The notes beneath the pieces were generated by a model that did no database searches, was not told the origin of the DNA, and was given only the letters and a program-made list of their open reading frames with translations. A program made the position numbers and the translations under genes. From NCBI GenBank assembly GCA_964344975.1, contig CAYFPK010000001.1, positions 15,485 through 79,484 of the forward strand: a DNA stretch of 64,000 bases, in the 5' to 3' direction. This stretch comes from Candidatus Woesearchaeota archaeon (GTDB lineage Archaea; Nanobdellota; Nanobdellia; SCGC-AAA011-G17; GW2011-AR18). This document shows positions 8,743 to 17,561 of the stretch, piece by piece; position 1 is the first letter of the stretch, and each line of letters starts with the position of its first letter.

Positions 8743-9273
8743 ATGGACAGCATAGCAAAACACTTCTACAAAGAACCTCAAAGAGAGTTCCACATAAGAG
8801 AATTAGCAAAAATAACAAAGAAATCCCCTTCAACAGTAGCAAAATACCTTCAAAAATGGGCAAAAGAAGGACTGTTAAAAGAAAAAAAGCAATACAACCA
8901 CAAGATATACAGAGCAAACACAGAAAGCGAAATATTCAAAGAAAAAAAAAGACACAATAATCTGCTCAACATAAGAAAATCAAACCTAATAGAGCACCTC
9001 AACAAGACATACAATCATCCCGAAGCAATCATCCTTTTTGGTTCATACGCAAAAGCAGAAAATACACAAAGAAGTGACATAGATTTACTTATAATCACAG
9101 AAAAGAAGAATAAAGAAGACCTTAAAAAGTTCGAAAAAAAACTAGAACACAACATACAAGTATTTACAAAAACAAAAAAGGAAATAGAAAAAACGAAAAA
9201 AGAAAATAAAGAGTTACTAAACAACTGGGTAAACGGTATAACCTTAAGTGGTCATTGGGAGTTATTTGAATGA
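8743..9273 (+). CDS. nucleotidyltransferase (MNT-type) with N-terminal wHTH
   Basis: GS-x9-DxD nucleotidyltransferase motif (ILFGSYAKAENTQRSDIDLLIIT). Confidence 0.6.
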   Translation: MDSIAKHFYKEPQREFHIRELAKITKKSPSTVAKYLQKWAKEGLLKEKKQYNHKIYRANTESEIFKEKKRHNNLLNIRKSNLIEHLNKTYNHPEAIILFGSYAKAENTQRSDIDLLIITEKKNKEDLKKFEKKLEHNIQVFTKTKKEIEKTKKENKELLNNWVNGITLSGHWELFE

Positions 9274-9698
9274 GATTCAAAAATTTTATAGAGAGTGGTC
9301 AAGTCAGAAAAGGACAAAAAGATATATCTCTAGCAAAATCACTTGTAAAAACTGCAAAACAAGATTTAGTATATTTACAAACAGTAAAAATAGATAAGGA
9401 ATCTGCAAGAAAAACAGTTACAAATTACTATGACACTTTACGAAGTTTACTCGAGGCAGAAACTGCCCTGAAAGGATACAAGGTATATTCCCATGAAGCC
9501 TTTACGTATTATCTAAAAGAGAAAGGAGAAGAAAATTTTGCAATAAAATTTGACAGGTTTAGAAAAATTAGAAACAAAATAAATTATTATGGCCAAGAAA
9601 TATCACCAGAGGAAGCAGAAGAATATTGTAAAAAAATCCAGAAATTTATTAAAGAAAAGATAGGACAAATAAACCTAGAAAGAAAAAATGCCCGTTAA
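9270..9698 (+). CDS. HEPN-domain protein (partner of the preceding nucleotidyltransferase)
   Basis: ATGA overlap with the upstream nucleotidyltransferase. Helical, with RFRKIRNKINYYG, a HEPN R-x4-6-H-like motif. Confidence 0.5.
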   Translation: MRFKNFIESGQVRKGQKDISLAKSLVKTAKQDLVYLQTVKIDKESARKTVTNYYDTLRSLLEAETALKGYKVYSHEAFTYYLKEKGEENFAIKFDRFRKIRNKINYYGQEISPEEAEEYCKKIQKFIKEKIGQINLERKNAR

Positions 9699-10587
9699 CC
9701 CAGGAATAGATTTCCAACTAGCCGAAGAAGAGTACAAAAACGCTTCAACGACCTTAGACAAGATTAAAGGCCTAGAAAAGATGTATAGGACTTGTCCCAA
9801 ACATAAAGGTTCAGAAAAATTATTACAGCAAATAAAAACAAAACTCACTAAACTCAAAGCCCAAGTTGAAAAACAAAGACAAACCAAAAAAGGCGGCGGA
9901 CATTCTATAACCGTTAAACGTGAAGGCGCAGCGCAAGTAATTTTTATGGGCACAACTAATGTAGGAAAAAGTACATTATTACAAGAACTCACTAACGCAA
10001 AACCAGACATTGCAGAGTACGAATTCACAACAACCATGCCAGAGGTGGGCAGCATGAACTACCACGGAATTCAAATCCAGTTAATAGAACTACCAGCGAT
10101 TCATGAAGGCTACGCAGATAAAGGCAACGGGCCGGCGTTTATGGCCATTGCAAGAAACGCAAAACTCATAGTAATAATCTTAGATGGAGAAAAACCATTA
10201 GCAAAACAATTAAGATTAATAAAAAAAGAATGCGACAACAGCTTTCTCAACATTGACAAAGCAATCATTACGATAACAAAAAAGTTCAAACGACCAAAAA
10301 CTAAACTACAGTTAGTTAAACCAAAACACCTCAAAGAAGCTATTTGGAAAAACCTCAACTTCATATACGTATTCACTAAACAACCACAAAAAGATAAAGA
10401 CTGGCCACCGGTACATCTCAAAAAAGGAAGTACAATTAAAGACTTAGCAAGTATAGTCCATAAAGATTTTCTAAAAAAATTCAAATTTGCAAAAGTGTGG
10501 GGCAAAAGCGTCAAACACAACGGCACCAATGCAGGACTCGACCATGTGTTAAAGCAAGGTGACGTGATAGAACTACACCTCAAATAA
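9688..10587 (+). CDS. DRG-family (Obg-like) GTPase with C-terminal TGS domain
   Basis: N-terminal KKGGGHSITVKREGAAQV then G1 GTTNVGKST, G2 FTT, and ELPAI. C-terminal TGS-like GDVIELH. The pattern matches developmentally regulated GTP-binding proteins. Confidence 0.7.
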   Translation: MPVNPGIDFQLAEEEYKNASTTLDKIKGLEKMYRTCPKHKGSEKLLQQIKTKLTKLKAQVEKQRQTKKGGGHSITVKREGAAQVIFMGTTNVGKSTLLQELTNAKPDIAEYEFTTTMPEVGSMNYHGIQIQLIELPAIHEGYADKGNGPAFMAIARNAKLIVIILDGEKPLAKQLRLIKKECDNSFLNIDKAIITITKKFKRPKTKLQLVKPKHLKEAIWKNLNFIYVFTKQPQKDKDWPPVHLKKGSTIKDLASIVHKDFLKKFKFAKVWGKSVKHNGTNAGLDHVLKQGDVIELHLK

Positions 10588-10629
10588 TGTTGTATAATAC
10601 AACAAAAAATAAAAGGAGGAAGGAAGGCG

Positions 10630-11025
10630 TTGTACAGCACAACCAAAAAGCTTAAATATATGGATAACGTTGTAGGATATAACATGAACGAAAAAGAAGA
10701 AATTTTAAGAGAAAACATGGAAGAATACACGCAATCCGCAAATAAAGCGTACAAAGAAGAAAAGTACAATACCGCAGTAACCCTCTTCTTTAAAGCAATA
10801 GCAGCAGCAAGTGACCTATACATTCTCAAAAAAGAAGGCAGAGCCCCATCATCACACCAACAAAGATTCAGAATAGCACAAGAAAAACACCCCAAAATAT
10901 ACAACATACTAGATAAAGATTTTTCTTTCTATCAAGACAGTTATAGTAAAAGAATGAATAAAGAAGCAGCAGAGGTACTAAAAGAAGATGCTCAAGAAAT
11001 TACAAAAGCAATTAAACAGCTATAA
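10630..11025 (+). CDS. HEPN-domain protein
   Basis: All-helical small protein immediately upstream of, and overlapping, a nucleotidyltransferase gene. Conserved H/R region SSHQQRFRI. Confidence 0.45.
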   Translation: MYSTTKKLKYMDNVVGYNMNEKEEILRENMEEYTQSANKAYKEEKYNTAVTLFFKAIAAASDLYILKKEGRAPSSHQQRFRIAQEKHPKIYNILDKDFSFYQDSYSKRMNKEAAEVLKEDAQEITKAIKQL

Positions 11026-11545
11026 AAAAGATGAATCAATCTTTGATATAGTCATATACGGATCTGCTACAAAAGGAGAGAAAAAGCCAAACGACATTGA
11101 CATAGTTATAATTTGCAACGAGGGAACACTCAGACAAAGACTAGAGAAGGCACAAGAAATAAAAAGAAAGATAGAAACAAACAAAAAGATAGATATAAAA
11201 ACAATACTTTGGCAAGAATTATTTCAAAAAGAGTTTTTCGCACGAGCAGGAATCTTTACTGCCGGTATAAGTTGCTTTGAGAATAAACCTTTCGCGAATA
11301 AGATTGGTTGCACAGCAGCAACAATATTCACCTATAACCTAAAAAATAAAACACATACAGAAAAAATAAAGTTTAACTATATACTAAGAGGCAGAAATAC
11401 AATAGGAATGATAAAAAGATTAAAGGGTACACATGTGGCACCAGGAGTAATCCAAATACCTACAGAAAACCAGAAAGAATTCGAAGAAGTACTTAAAAAA
11501 AATAAAATCCAATACAAAAAAAAGAATCACCTTATAGAAATGTGA
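10988..11545 (+). CDS. nucleotidyltransferase-domain protein
   Basis: IVIYGSATKGEKKPNDIDIVII gives the GS...DxD signature. Confidence 0.6.
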   Translation: MLKKLQKQLNSYKKDESIFDIVIYGSATKGEKKPNDIDIVIICNEGTLRQRLEKAQEIKRKIETNKKIDIKTILWQELFQKEFFARAGIFTAGISCFENKPFANKIGCTAATIFTYNLKNKTHTEKIKFNYILRGRNTIGMIKRLKGTHVAPGVIQIPTENQKEFEEVLKKNKIQYKKKNHLIEM

Positions 11546-11578
11546 AAAAAGGTAATAGAGTTACATTTAAAATAAAGC

Positions 11579-11851
11579 CTATTCTCGTGGGGGCAAGCCC
11601 AAAAATTGACAAATATCCTTCTTTTTTCGAGGATTCAAAGAAACATGCCACTCACCTGTTTTTTTTGCACGAAGTAAAAACTCTTTACGTAATAATTCCT
11701 TAATAGCCTTCTGCACAACTTTCTCTCCTCGAAGATGCATAGGCAGACTCTTCACAAGGTTCTTCTCCTCAGTGTGAGAAGCACCCCATTTAGGAGGCCT
11801 CATAGACATTAACTTACGAAGAATTTTTTCTTGAATAGCTCGCTTTTCCAC
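11579..11851 (-). CDS. hypothetical small basic protein, possibly DNA/RNA-binding
   Basis: 90 aa, basic, no clear motif. Confidence 0.3.
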   Translation of the reverse strand: MEKRAIQEKILRKLMSMRPPKWGASHTEEKNLVKSLPMHLRGEKVVQKAIKELLRKEFLLRAKKTGEWHVSLNPRKKKDICQFLGLPPRE

Positions 11852-11956
11852 AGAGCAAAAAAGAACAACGACTTCTTAAGTCTTTCCAAACAAAAAGGTA
11901 TATCAACATACCAAAAAGAAAAGTTTAAATAGAGGTAGTCAGTACTTACTATCGAT

Positions 11957-12283
11957 ATGAAAACAACAACAGTATTTACCCAAGCACTAGGCAACTCACC
12001 AGTAATCCGAATATTAGATTTTCTCATAGAAGGCAGAGATTTAGATTATTCATTAACAGACATAGCAGAAAATGCGCACGTAAGCTGGAGCACATTACAC
12101 AGGGTATGGAACAATCTAATACAAACAAAGATGGTGAAACCAACACGAGAAATAGGAAGAGCAAAGTTATTCAAACTCAACCAAGAAAATCCAGCAGTAA
12201 AAAAGCTAATCATACTCTACGATACACTACTCTATCAAGCCACTCAAGAAAACATGGAAGAGATGACAATACAAGTAAAATGA
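11957..12283 (+). CDS. winged-helix transcriptional regulator
   Basis: VIRILDFLIEGRDLDYSLTDIAENAHVSWSTLHRVWNNL is a wHTH pattern. Confidence 0.5.
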   Translation: MKTTTVFTQALGNSPVIRILDFLIEGRDLDYSLTDIAENAHVSWSTLHRVWNNLIQTKMVKPTREIGRAKLFKLNQENPAVKKLIILYDTLLYQATQENMEEMTIQVK

Positions 12284-12537
12284 AAGCAGACAAATTTTGG
12301 GAAAAGGTATTGGCCATGGGAAGAATTCTTTCAGAGAAAGAAGCAGAAGAAACGCACAAAACATTATACGAGATGAAAAATGAAAAAGAGTCATTTTCAC
12401 AAGCCGTGCTACGACTAACAAGAAAAAAGAAAAGTGTCATGTCTCTGGAGGGTATAGTAAAAAACAATCCTGCATTCACCAAAGGATTAAAAAAAGCCGT
12501 TAAAGAGCGAGACAAAGGGATCCTACGGACATACTAA
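12280..12537 (+). CDS. hypothetical 85 aa protein, translationally coupled to the wHTH regulator
   Basis: ATGA overlap at 12280-12283. The longer 12106..12537 ORF in the track overlaps the regulator gene and is probably an artefact. Confidence 0.35.
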   Translation: MKADKFWEKVLAMGRILSEKEAEETHKTLYEMKNEKESFSQAVLRLTRKKKSVMSLEGIVKNNPAFTKGLKKAVKERDKGILRTY

Positions 12538-12577
12538 AACAGCAACACTTTTCAAACAAACCAACCTCACAAAACCC

Positions 12578-13645
12578 ATGAAAACAAGCATAATTGGCGC
12601 AGGACCTGCAGCAAACTGGTGTGCATACAATTTAGCAAAAAAAGGCCACGAAGTGCACGTCTACGAAGAACACAAAGAAATAGGCACACCGGTACAATGT
12701 ACAGGAATACTAACCCACGCAATAAAAGACTTAATACCGCTAAAAAAAGAAGTGATTGTTAACGAATGTAAAACAGTCAAAGTCTTTGCACCAAACAAAA
12801 AATGTATAGAATTTAACCTGAAAAAACCAGATATTATAGTTTGCAGAACAAAACTGGACCAACACCTAGCAGAGCTAGCACAAAAGCAAGGCGCAGAGTA
12901 TCATCTCAACCACAGGTTCATAAAAAATAACAAAAAAGAACTCACCTTCAACAATACAACGACCAAAACAGACATTGTAATCGGCGCCGACGGTCCAAAT
13001 TCAACAGTAGCAAAACAAAACGGTTTCAAAAAAAACGACTTTTTAACAGGCATGCAAGTAACAGCAAAAATAGAGATGGATCCAAACACGTACGAAGTAC
13101 ATTTAGGCTACGGTACATTCGGTTGGGTCGTCCCAGAATCAGAAACGGTTGCAAGAATAGGTATTGTCACAAAAGAGCACCCAAAACAAAGCTTTGACGA
13201 ATTTTTAAAAATGCGCGCAAAAAATAAAAAGATTCTAGCTAACCAATCAGGCCCAATTCCATTATTCAACATGTACAAAAAGACACATAAAGAGTTCATT
13301 TATTTATTAGGCGACGCAGCAGGCATGGTCAAAGCATCCACCCACGGCGGCATTGTGCAAAACATTAACGCGGCAGAATGTCTAGCACAGGCTATAGACC
13401 AAAACAAGAGTTACGAAACACTATGGAGAAAAAGAATCGGAAAAGATTTGTACATCCACAAAAAGATCTACCAAGTCATGCAAAACTTCAGCAAAGAGGA
13501 CCACAACGAACTACTAAACTTACTAACAAAACAAAAAACAAAAGAAATCATAGAAAACCATAACAGAGACTACATTACAAAATTCATAACCAAAGCAATA
13601 ATCTCGCAGCCAAAGTTACTAAAATTTCTCACAAAATTAGCATAA
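12578..13645 (+). CDS. geranylgeranyl reductase family FAD-dependent oxidoreductase (archaeal lipid saturation)
   Basis: N-terminal FAD-binding IIGAGPAANWCAYNLAKKGHEVHVYEE, VIGADGPNSTVAK, and overall length and order typical of archaeal geranylgeranyl reductases. Confidence 0.75.
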   Translation: MKTSIIGAGPAANWCAYNLAKKGHEVHVYEEHKEIGTPVQCTGILTHAIKDLIPLKKEVIVNECKTVKVFAPNKKCIEFNLKKPDIIVCRTKLDQHLAELAQKQGAEYHLNHRFIKNNKKELTFNNTTTKTDIVIGADGPNSTVAKQNGFKKNDFLTGMQVTAKIEMDPNTYEVHLGYGTFGWVVPESETVARIGIVTKEHPKQSFDEFLKMRAKNKKILANQSGPIPLFNMYKKTHKEFIYLLGDAAGMVKASTHGGIVQNINAAECLAQAIDQNKSYETLWRKRIGKDLYIHKKIYQVMQNFSKEDHNELLNLLTKQKTKEIIENHNRDYITKFITKAIISQPKLLKFLTKLA

Positions 13646-13668
13646 TATACGGAAAAACACCCAAAAGA
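13613..13668. repeat. direct repeat copy A: reductase 3' terminus plus downstream promoter region; second copy at 14512..14568
   Basis: About 88% identity over ~56 bp with 14512..14568. Both copies encode the same peptide KLLKFLTKLA* but with synonymous differences (tta/ctg, aca/acc, tta/cta). Confidence 0.6.
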
Positions 13669-13669
13669 C

Positions 13670-13677
13670 TTATATAA
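13670..13677 (+). promoter_or_regulatory. TATA box (ttatataa) for the leaderless DUF3368/UPF0175 cassette
   Basis: 21 nt upstream of ATG 13699. Same geometry as other promoters in the window. Confidence 0.45.
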
Positions 13678-13698
13678 CATTGTGCACATTGTAATACA

Positions 13699-14184
13699 AT
13701 GATAATTAAGGATAGCATGGTATTAATTCACCTTGCAAAATTAGCCTTACTAGAAGAAAGTTGTAACCTCTTCAAGAAAGTGAGCATCCCAAAAGAAGTA
13801 CACAAAGAGATAAAAAAAGGAAAACAAAGAGGCTACGCTGACGCACAAGTAACCCTTGATCTAATCGAAGAAGGGAAAATAAAAGTAAAGAAAGTAACAA
13901 AAAAAGACCTAATAAGAAGGGCATACCAATACAACATTCAAGGCGGAGAAGCCGAAGCAGTAGCCCTCTACTGGCAAGAAAATGCAAAAGCAATCGCAAC
14001 AGATGATGACAATGTAAGAAAAAAGAGAAGAATTTTAAATTTAACAATCATAGGAACACCAGCAATCATAGCAAAACTAAAAGAAGAAAAGAAAATAAGT
14101 AAACAAAGATTCAAACAAAGCATACATGAATTAAGAAAAATAGGATGGTTTAGTCAAGGAGTACTAGATCAATTAGATGAATAG
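13699..14184 (+). CDS. PIN-like toxin of the DUF3368 family
   Basis: N-terminal Asp (IIKDSMVLIHL), GEAEAVALY and ATDDDNVRKK motifs characteristic of DUF3368 PIN-like proteins. Confidence 0.55.
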   Translation: MIIKDSMVLIHLAKLALLEESCNLFKKVSIPKEVHKEIKKGKQRGYADAQVTLDLIEEGKIKVKKVTKKDLIRRAYQYNIQGGEAEAVALYWQENAKAIATDDDNVRKKRRILNLTIIGTPAIIAKLKEEKKISKQRFKQSIHELRKIGWFSQGVLDQLDE

Positions 14185-14189
14185 ATAAC

Positions 14190-14501
14190 ATGGCCGAAGC
14201 AATAGGAATAAGACTTGAGGTAGACTTTTTAAAAAAAGTTGAACGTTTATGCAAAAAGGAAGTAGAAGATAGGAGCAGTACCCTTCGAAAATTATTGGAA
14301 AAAGGATACAGACAAAAGATAAAAGAAAATGCAACAGAAACATACAAAAAGGGATTAATAACAATTTCTAAAGCCGCACAAGAAGCAGAAATAACAGTAT
14401 GGGAAATGCAAGAGCACCTCATAAACCAAGGAGTAGTTTCAAGTTACAATAAAGAAGATCTCAAAAGAGAAAAAGAGATACTTGATAAAATCGCAAAGTA
14501 A
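14190..14501 (+). CDS. UPF0175-family antitoxin (partner of DUF3368)
   Basis: ITISKAAQEAEITVWEMQEHLINQGV matches the UPF0175 HTH core. Adjacent to the DUF3368 gene. Confidence 0.5.
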   Translation: MAEAIGIRLEVDFLKKVERLCKKEVEDRSSTLRKLLEKGYRQKIKENATETYKKGLITISKAAQEAEITVWEMQEHLINQGVVSSYNKEDLKREKEILDKIAK

Positions 14502-14511
14502 GAAAAGAGTG

Positions 14512-14568
14512 AAACTGCTTAAATTTCTCACCAAACTAGCATAATATACGAAAAAACAACCAAAAAGT
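14512..14568. repeat. direct repeat copy B (diverged reductase 3'-end remnant plus promoter)
   Basis: See copy A. Encodes KLLKFLTKLA* out of frame with the neighbouring genes. Confidence 0.6.
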
Positions 14569-14575
14569 ATATAAA
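14568..14575 (+). promoter_or_regulatory. TATA box (tatataaa) for the AbrB-antitoxin/VapC cassette
   Basis: 23 nt upstream of ATG 14599. Confidence 0.45.
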
Positions 14576-14598
14576 GATGTTTAAACATATGTATAAAC

Positions 14599-14796
14599 AT
14601 GGAAGCAAGAGTAACAAAATGGGGAAATTCAATGGGAGTCCTCTTATCAAAAAGGAAACTAGAAGAGTTAGGTATTAAAAAAGGAGATAAAATCGAAATC
14701 AACATAATCAGCAAAAAAAGAATAGATGGGTTCGGAATTTGTAAAGGGGCAAAGCCATTTAAAAGAGAAAAAGACGAACACGAAGATTTATGGTAA
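14599..14796 (+). CDS. AbrB/MazE/SpoVT-type antitoxin
   Basis: VTKWGNSMGVLLSKRKLEELGIKKGDKIEI is the swapped-hairpin AbrB-type motif (K-x-GNS). Confidence 0.6.
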   Translation: MEARVTKWGNSMGVLLSKRKLEELGIKKGDKIEINIISKKRIDGFGICKGAKPFKREKDEHEDLW

Positions 14797-14797
14797 A

Positions 14798-15184
14798 ATG
14801 GAATACATATTAGATAGCTATGCCTGGATTGAATATTTTAATGGGACAGAAGAGGGAAAAATAGTGAATAAACTCTTTAAAGATCCAAAAAAGAGATTCT
14901 ACACAGTAATTTGTTGTCTTGCTGAAATACAAGGTTGGGCTTTGAAAAATAAAGGAAATTTTGAAAACCTTTTCAGACTAATAAAAAGCAATTCGACAAT
15001 AATACAACTTACAGAGCAAGATTGGATTCAAGCAGCAAAAGAAAAGCACGAGCAAAGAAAAGCCTACAAAGATTTTGGATTAATAGATGCAACACTCATC
15101 ACAATACAAAAACAGATAAAGGCAAAAATAGTTTCAGGTGACAAACATTTCAAAGAGCAAAAAGGAGTGATCTTTCTGGCATGA
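14798..15184 (+). CDS. vapC: PIN-domain toxin VapC (longest ORF starts at 14726)
   Basis: MEYILDSYAWIEYF start immediately after the antitoxin TAA (14794-14796). GLIDATLITIQ...GDKHF are PIN acidic positions. Confidence 0.65.
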   Translation: MEYILDSYAWIEYFNGTEEGKIVNKLFKDPKKRFYTVICCLAEIQGWALKNKGNFENLFRLIKSNSTIIQLTEQDWIQAAKEKHEQRKAYKDFGLIDATLITIQKQIKAKIVSGDKHFKEQKGVIFLA

Positions 15185-15281
15185 ATGAGAAAAAAGAAAA
15201 ACTGGGTTGGCTTATATTAGTAGAAAAAAATCTTGCAAAGGATTGGTTAAGCAAGGAAGAGGAAAAAGCATGGAAAGACCT

Positions 15282-16331
15282 TTAACCTAATCTATACCGC
15301 AACACACAAACAACCCCACCAAGCCCGTCAAGCTGCGCACCAGAATCAGAAGCACCAGAAACAATATGTACAGCACCAGATGATTTTTCACAATTTTCTA
15401 AAACAGCATCAAGTTCAGCGTATCGCTCATCTTCACGCAAAGAAGCAATAAACGTATCAGTAACTAACAAAACCTTAACAGCGCCCAAAGACACAGCAGA
15501 GCTAACATCAACAAGACCATAACACACCAAACCAGGATCAGTACGCAACACAGACAAAAATTCAGTAACTAAAGCAACATCTTGTTGCAAGCGAGCAAAA
15601 GATAATGCACGTTGCACTTCACTGCGACGCAACAACTCTTGTAAACCAACTTTTCCGGTGTGATGACAGGTAGCAAGAACAACTTTAAAGTTAACAGAAC
15701 CAAGCCGTTTATAGATTTCATCCTTCCAAAACGCCGGACTACCAATAACAACAGTAGACAAACCGTACCGGTCAACATACGAGGAGATCTCAGCAACCAC
15801 ATCAGCATAAAAGTCACCAGAAGACATATGCCCCGCTCTCTTTTTAGCAACATTACCAGAAATTTCACCCAAAAAAGCAAGACCATAGCCTTGCAACAAA
15901 CCAAAGGAAGCTACTTCCCGATCAAGAGCAACTAAAAGTACAGTTGACTTAGCAGAAGAACACGCATCATCTAAATGTTTTTTTTGAAAAGCAAGCAATT
16001 TAGATTTAGTAACAAAAAAAGTATCACCTACAGCAAAACGAAACGTATGGTAACTCCCTGATGCAACCTCATCAGACCCATCGACAACAGTACCAACAAC
16101 TTCTAACACATCTTGAGCAAAAGTAACTCGCTCAACATTAACAGATAACGAAAACACTTTACGCACCACACGCGACTTAGCATCAGCATCACCTAAACGT
16201 ACTTTACGCTCATCCTTGGCAATAACAACATCCCCAGCGGATAAAAAATGACTTAAGTGCCACAAATCATCAAGGGTAGCAACACGTAAACGAAACTCCT
16301 TTTTTTTCAGATCGCAAAAGACTAAATCCAT
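15282..16331 (-). CDS. pelA: Pelota/Dom34 ribosome-rescue factor (longest ORF extends to 16382)
   Basis: MDLVFCDLKKKEFRLRVATLDDLWHLSHFL matches the Pelota N-terminus (DLKKGEIKL..EDLDDLWHL). eRF1-like central and C-terminal domains follow. Confidence 0.75.
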   Translation of the reverse strand: MDLVFCDLKKKEFRLRVATLDDLWHLSHFLSAGDVVIAKDERKVRLGDADAKSRVVRKVFSLSVNVERVTFAQDVLEVVGTVVDGSDEVASGSYHTFRFAVGDTFFVTKSKLLAFQKKHLDDACSSAKSTVLLVALDREVASFGLLQGYGLAFLGEISGNVAKKRAGHMSSGDFYADVVAEISSYVDRYGLSTVVIGSPAFWKDEIYKRLGSVNFKVVLATCHHTGKVGLQELLRRSEVQRALSFARLQQDVALVTEFLSVLRTDPGLVCYGLVDVSSAVSLGAVKVLLVTDTFIASLREDERYAELDAVLENCEKSSGAVHIVSGASDSGAQLDGLGGVVCVLRYRLG

Positions 16332-16353
16332 AACACAACCAAGTACATAACCT

Positions 16354-16361
16354 TTATAAAG
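16354..16361. promoter_or_regulatory. palindromic TATA box (tttataaa) shared by divergent leaderless genes pelA and 16383
   Basis: 22 nt from the Pelota ATG (16331, minus) and 21 nt from ATG 16383 (plus). The intergenic region is only 51 bp. Confidence 0.5.
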
Positions 16362-16382
16362 CATACGAGCTAAAATCAACAC

Positions 16383-17561
16383 ATGTTCAACAAAAGAGGT
16401 GCAGGTGAAGGCAAAGCGATAGCCTCCCTAATTATGGTCATTGCATTAGCAATCGCCTTATACGTAATTTTAATCCCCCCTGAAGAACGTCAAGCACTTT
16501 TAGAAGGGGACATCACAGACGAAATAAAAGACACAGTAAAAAGCCTAGAACTCCTCTCAGAAGCACCTGGACAACTTTCACCTAGGCAAGAGACAGGCAC
16601 TGTTCATAGCATTAACGCAATCAACTTATTCATTAAAACCGAACCAGAGATAATCAGACTCGCAGACCATTTGCAAGTAAAAAGATCTTTAGTAACAAAA
16701 TCATCCCCCACGTTAAGATTCGACGCAAACAACTTAAACAATTTAAACAAGGCAAGCCTGTACTTCACCACACAAGAACCGCAAGGCACATTAAAACTTA
16801 AAATTAACGGTGAACAGTTTTACAGTAAAGAGCTTACAGGTGGCGTAAAAGTTATTGACATACCAACCATATACATACAAGAAACAAACCAGATACAGCT
16901 CACTGCATCATCCCCAGGACTGGCATTTTGGAGAACAAACGAATTTAACTTACAAGACGTGGGAGTTCGGTTAGAATACGAAAGAATTAACGCAAAAGAA
17001 ACACGCACGTTCCAAATTGCGCAGCAAGAGTTAGAATCATTAACAGAGGCAGACCTCAAGTATACCATGGTCTGTAATGCGCCGCTACAACAAAATACAG
17101 CAAACTTAAGAATTATCCTCAACGACTTAGAAATTATTGACAGCCAAATAAGATGTGTAAGCACAGAGCAAATAATTGAACTAGAAAAAAATCACTTAAG
17201 ACAGGGCCAAAACGAGGTAACTTTCATCATTGATGACGGTGAGTTCGCATTCAACCAGCTCAAGTTAGAAACAAAGTCTGATGAGATAACCCATCCCACC
17301 TACTTCTTCACTGTAAGTAGCAAAGAAATGCAAAGAATAGAGGAGCTTAACAAAGAGGCAATCCTAGAAATTTTCTTAGAGGATAACAACAAAGCAAAAA
17401 ACGCACGGCTAAACATTAACGACGAAACTATTTTCATGACCACACAAGAAAGCAAGTTCACCTACGATATAACAGACCTGCTAGATACAGGTACAAACTT
17501 CATCCGCATCCAACCAACAACGACATTCACGATGGTAGGATTGAAACTCACAATAGAATGA
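16383..17561 (+). CDS. N-terminally anchored extracytoplasmic protein
   Basis: Short basic N-terminus (MFNKRGAGEGK) followed by a hydrophobic helix (AIASLIMVIALAIALYVILI), then a ~350 aa hydrophilic beta-rich domain. No known motif. Confidence 0.45.
   Translation: MFNKRGAGEGKAIASLIMVIALAIALYVILIPPEERQALLEGDITDEIKDTVKSLELLSEAPGQLSPRQETGTVHSINAINLFIKTEPEIIRLADHLQVKRSLVTKSSPTLRFDANNLNNLNKASLYFTTQEPQGTLKLKINGEQFYSKELTGGVKVIDIPTIYIQETNQIQLTASSPGLAFWRTNEFNLQDVGVRLEYERINAKETRTFQIAQQELESLTEADLKYTMVCNAPLQQNTANLRIILNDLEIIDSQIRCVSTEQIIELEKNHLRQGQNEVTFIIDDGEFAFNQLKLETKSDEITHPTYFFTVSSKEMQRIEELNKEAILEIFLEDNNKAKNARLNINDETIFMTTQESKFTYDITDLLDTGTNFIRIQPTTTFTMVGLKLTIE

Noticed and set aside
12106-12537. 143 aa form of the ORF overlapping the wHTH regulator gene
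   Set aside because: The N-terminal 58 aa are read out of frame through 11957..12283. An internal ATG at 12280 forms an ATGA junction with that gene's stop and is the more plausible start.
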